64,000 nucleotides of DNA, taken from positions 45,559 through 109,558 of the forward strand of contig CAVUSN010000023.1 in the NCBI GenBank assembly GCA_963744065.1. Direction: 5' to 3'. Below the pieces are notes generated by a model that was not told the DNA's origin, ran no database searches, and was given only the letters and a program-made list of their open reading frames with translations. This DNA comes from an uncultured Actinomycetes bacterium. GTDB taxonomy: Bacteria > Actinomycetota > Thermoleophilia > Gaiellales > JAICJC01. How positions within the stretch are numbered: position 1 is the first letter of the stretch; every line of letters begins with the position of its first letter. Shown here one piece after another: positions 63,778 through 64,000 of this stretch. The translations under genes and the position numbers were made by a program.

Positions 63778-64000
63778 ATGCGGCGAATCGGCGCGGGCCC
63801 GGAGGTCGGGCTTGCCCTCTTGGCGGTGCTTGGCTTGGACGTGTGGCTGTTGTCGCTGCTGGTTTCTGTTCGGTGGATTCACGACGGCTGGACTGTCTTC
63901 GTACCAATCGCTGCGCTCGGTCTGCCGATCTGGCGAAGGAAGTGGCTGGTCGCACTGCTCGGGCTGTTCCTCGTGCTTCCAGCCGCCGTGCCCGAGGTGA
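63778..64000 (+). CDS. membrane protein, N-terminal part only (runs off the right edge)
   Basis: ATG at 63778. MRRIGAGPEVGLALLAVLGLDVWLLSLLVSVRWIHDGWTVFVPIAALGLPIW.... No stop before 64000. Not in the track because it is open-ended. Confidence 0.35.
   Translation, partial: MRRIGAGPEVGLALLAVLGLDVWLLSLLVSVRWIHDGWTVFVPIAALGLPIWRRKWLVALLGLFLVLPAAVPEV

Noticed and set aside
1-64000. Mobile elements, prophage, defence islands, toxin-antitoxin pairs and restriction-modification systems.
   Set aside because: I found no transposase, integrase, recombinase, phage structural, Cas, methyltransferase-endonuclease pair or typical toxin motifs in any frame. The only mobile-looking sequences are the non-coding repeats reported above.

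Overview
Very high-GC (about 70% by eye) chromosomal segment of an Actinobacteria-like bacterium, densely coded on both strands. No rRNA, tRNA, CRISPR array, transposase or integrase was found. Contents in order:

- **1-11.8 kb:** a membrane protein and an FAD oxidoreductase, then a ten-ORF kdp potassium-uptake operon on the minus strand. Its gene order is non-canonical (kdpF-A-C-B), kdpD is split into three ORFs, and two extra upstream ORFs are translationally coupled to kdpF.
- **12-27.8 kb:** USP, CaCA exchanger, beta-propeller lipoprotein, methyltransferase, DAO-type oxidoreductase, GNAT, DMT-like and MFS transporters. Also a PAS histidine kinase-amidinotransferase-P450 operon, a SIMPL protein and LysE.
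- **28-31.9 kb:** ccmE (Cys-type CPSKY variant)-ccmF fused by overlapping stops and starts to a TM protein, pspA and a PspAA-like gene.
- **32-34.5 kb:** convergent htpX, a PspAB-like gene and a hydrolase-like gene.
- **34.6-41.5 kb:** a lipoprotein, hpt, a metallophosphoesterase, a cyclic-2,3-diphosphoglycerate synthetase plus 2-phosphoglycerate kinase pair, glpX, a Rho_N-crotonase fusion and a DUF59 protein.
- **41.5-49.9 kb:** S55 peptidase, queG, pafB/pafC-like regulators divergent from dinB, and an HDAC-family enzyme.
- **50-64 kb:** acetolactate-synthase-like enzyme, hydrolase, an unknown secreted protein, an Flp-like pilin, GH3, dodecin, class II fba, GtrA, FHA, DUF192, an ABC-2 transporter and a Tat-secreted glycosidase-like protein.

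Findings that stand out most:
1. A structured repeat of about 185 nt, present in two copies, with a stem that keeps its pairing while its sequence differs between copies.
2. A family of near-identical long palindromes placed right after stop codons.
3. On the order of fifty frame disruptions (my reading, not a computation) confined to particular, mostly conserved genes. This looks like consensus or assembly indel error rather than gene decay.
4. An archaeal-type cDPG solute gene pair in a bacterium.
5. The unusual kdp operon architecture.

All functional calls come from reading motifs in the translated ORFs. No database search was possible.
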